Positions 62,556 through 64,000 of a stretch of DNA of 64,000 bases are shown piece by piece. A model generated the notes under the pieces. The model made no database searches. It saw only the letters and a list, made by a program, of their open reading frames with translations, and was not told the DNA's origin. The stretch's first letter is position 1. Each line of letters opens with the position of its first letter. Source of the stretch: Basidiobolus meristosporus CBS 931.73 (taxonomy: Eukaryota > Fungi > Basidiobolomycota); contig MCFE01000375.1 of the NCBI GenBank assembly GCA_002104905.1, positions 20,782 through 84,781 of the forward strand, in the 5' to 3' direction. Made by a program: the position numbers and the translations under genes.

Positions 62556-64000
62556 TGTGGTGGTGTATAGGTCCAAGGGAGAGATACGTCCAACACTTCT
62601 CAAGTGTTTTGTGTGTGGGGTGTTCACTGGGTGTGATAACCTCTGGCAAAAGCTTGCTAGGAATACTTGGGTTCTGTCTCTAATCTAATATGAAGGGGAA
62701 TAAAGCCACAAGCTTGTCAAGGGAAAACTATTGAGCTACAATCCCCAACTTAGTTGGCGTCTTAACAAAAGTATGTGCTGGGTTCAGCGTCCTTTGAGAT
62801 GACAATGTACTAAAGCTTCCAAAGTCAAAACAACTGTAAACTCCACCAGCAGGGACTTGATAAGAATGCAGCTTTGGTCAATAGTTACAAAGACAGAAAA
62901 GTATCTTTGCCTGTACAAGAACAAACTTGGGAAAGAATCAAATATAATAAAAGATACCTACTCTGAGTATTCCTCACAAGTAGTGCCTCCAAGGTCAGTT
63001 GGCTGTCAGCGCGGTTTCCTGGGAGTGTCCTGTGGTCTAGGGTTGGAAGTTCAGGTAGCAGCAGGTAGCAGTGATCACACTAATCAACAAGTCGGTATAT
63101 TGATAAAAGGGATGATGATTTATTGTTGAGGGATAGCCTCCCTTATATACTTTTCTCACTGGCTAAGTGATTACTAATCAAGGTGTTCCAGAAGGTTCCG
63201 GAGATCAATAGAAATCTTAATGACATCAGAATGACCTAAGAATGTTCTAAGTAGGTGCCGGAAGGTTCTAAGAGGCACAGCACATCCAACCAATCAGGAA
63301 TCAGTATTCTGAAACCTGTGTAACATGGGGATACCATATATGGTATGGAAATGGTAGAGATGGTGACACGGGCTGATCATGTGTCACGGGTACTGGCGCG
63401 GGTACTTGCCTAATATGGAAGTACTTATAGCTAGTAATCTTACATAAAGTGAGGGGTAACTTATGCAATAAGGTAAGCAGGTGTGATAGTCAACCGGCTT
63501 ATGGGATAGTACTGATTGGGTAAGACAAATGGGATAAAACTAAAATAAGTGTAGTAGAGATATAGGGAAGTAGAAAATAAGGGAATGAGCACATCTGTCA
63601 GTGGGTGTCACTGTCACCCCACTACATCCACCCCCCTCTCAGCTTTGAACTTGGGTCAAAGCAAACTAATCTTGATGTGCAAAATTCCTATGCTTGAATA
63701 ACTTAAGTCGATTTCCAGCAACTGGTGCTCTCAACTGGGTGTTGTCAAGCTCAGATATGTAATAACTTCCATTTCCAACCACTTTGGAAATGAGGTAGGG
63801 GCCAGTCCATTTGTTGTCAAACTTCCAACTCCATTGCTTGTCCAAGGTAGAATCATAGAGTAATACTGGGTCTCCTAGTGATAGTGGTTTTGGTCTTGTT
63901 GGGTGTGATTTGTCAAAGGGCACCTTGTTCTTTAGTCGTGTATCCTTAAGTTGTTCAGCAGCTCTGCTGATATTCAAGTCATGGTGATCAAGCTGCTGTA
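62556..64000 (-). mobile_element. 3' end of Ty3/Gypsy family X inserted into the chromovirus 3' LTR; continues beyond the window
   Basis: LTR 62556-63626 (TGTGGTGG...CCACTACA on +), PPT GAGAGGGGGGTGGA abutting the LTR, and integrase C-terminus GDPVLLYDSTLDKQWSWKFDNKWTGPY...AGNRLKLF (63666-63977) with no chromodomain. Confidence 0.9.

Noticed and set aside
62726-62746. GGGGATTGTAGCTCAATAG (minus strand; also 57724-57742) resembles a tRNA 5' half with an A-box
   Set aside because: No anticodon arm, B-box/T-arm or acceptor partner downstream; it is part of the LTR module helix.

Overview
Eukaryotic, fungal-type DNA. About 5.3 kb of CpG-normal unique sequence carries one host gene, a two-finger C2H2 transcription factor. 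The remaining ~58.7 kb is a CpG-depleted cluster of nested transposons. It contains at least four Copia remnants, four copies of one Ty3/Gypsy family (here family A), an RT-less Gypsy with an extra ORF, an old chromovirus, and a young chromovirus with open gag/pol ORFs and a canonical -1 frameshift signal but mutated protease and RT catalytic motifs. It also holds the 3' end of another Gypsy (family X) inserted into that chromovirus LTR, solo LTRs, two CACTA-like transposase relics, a DDE_Tnp_4 (PIF/Harbinger or ISL2EU-like) element and foldback MITEs. The most unusual signal is a ~270-nt LTR module shared by the young chromovirus and family X, with conserved base-pairing potential. All alignments and identities were judged by eye; no database searches were run, and the host species cannot be established from the sequence.
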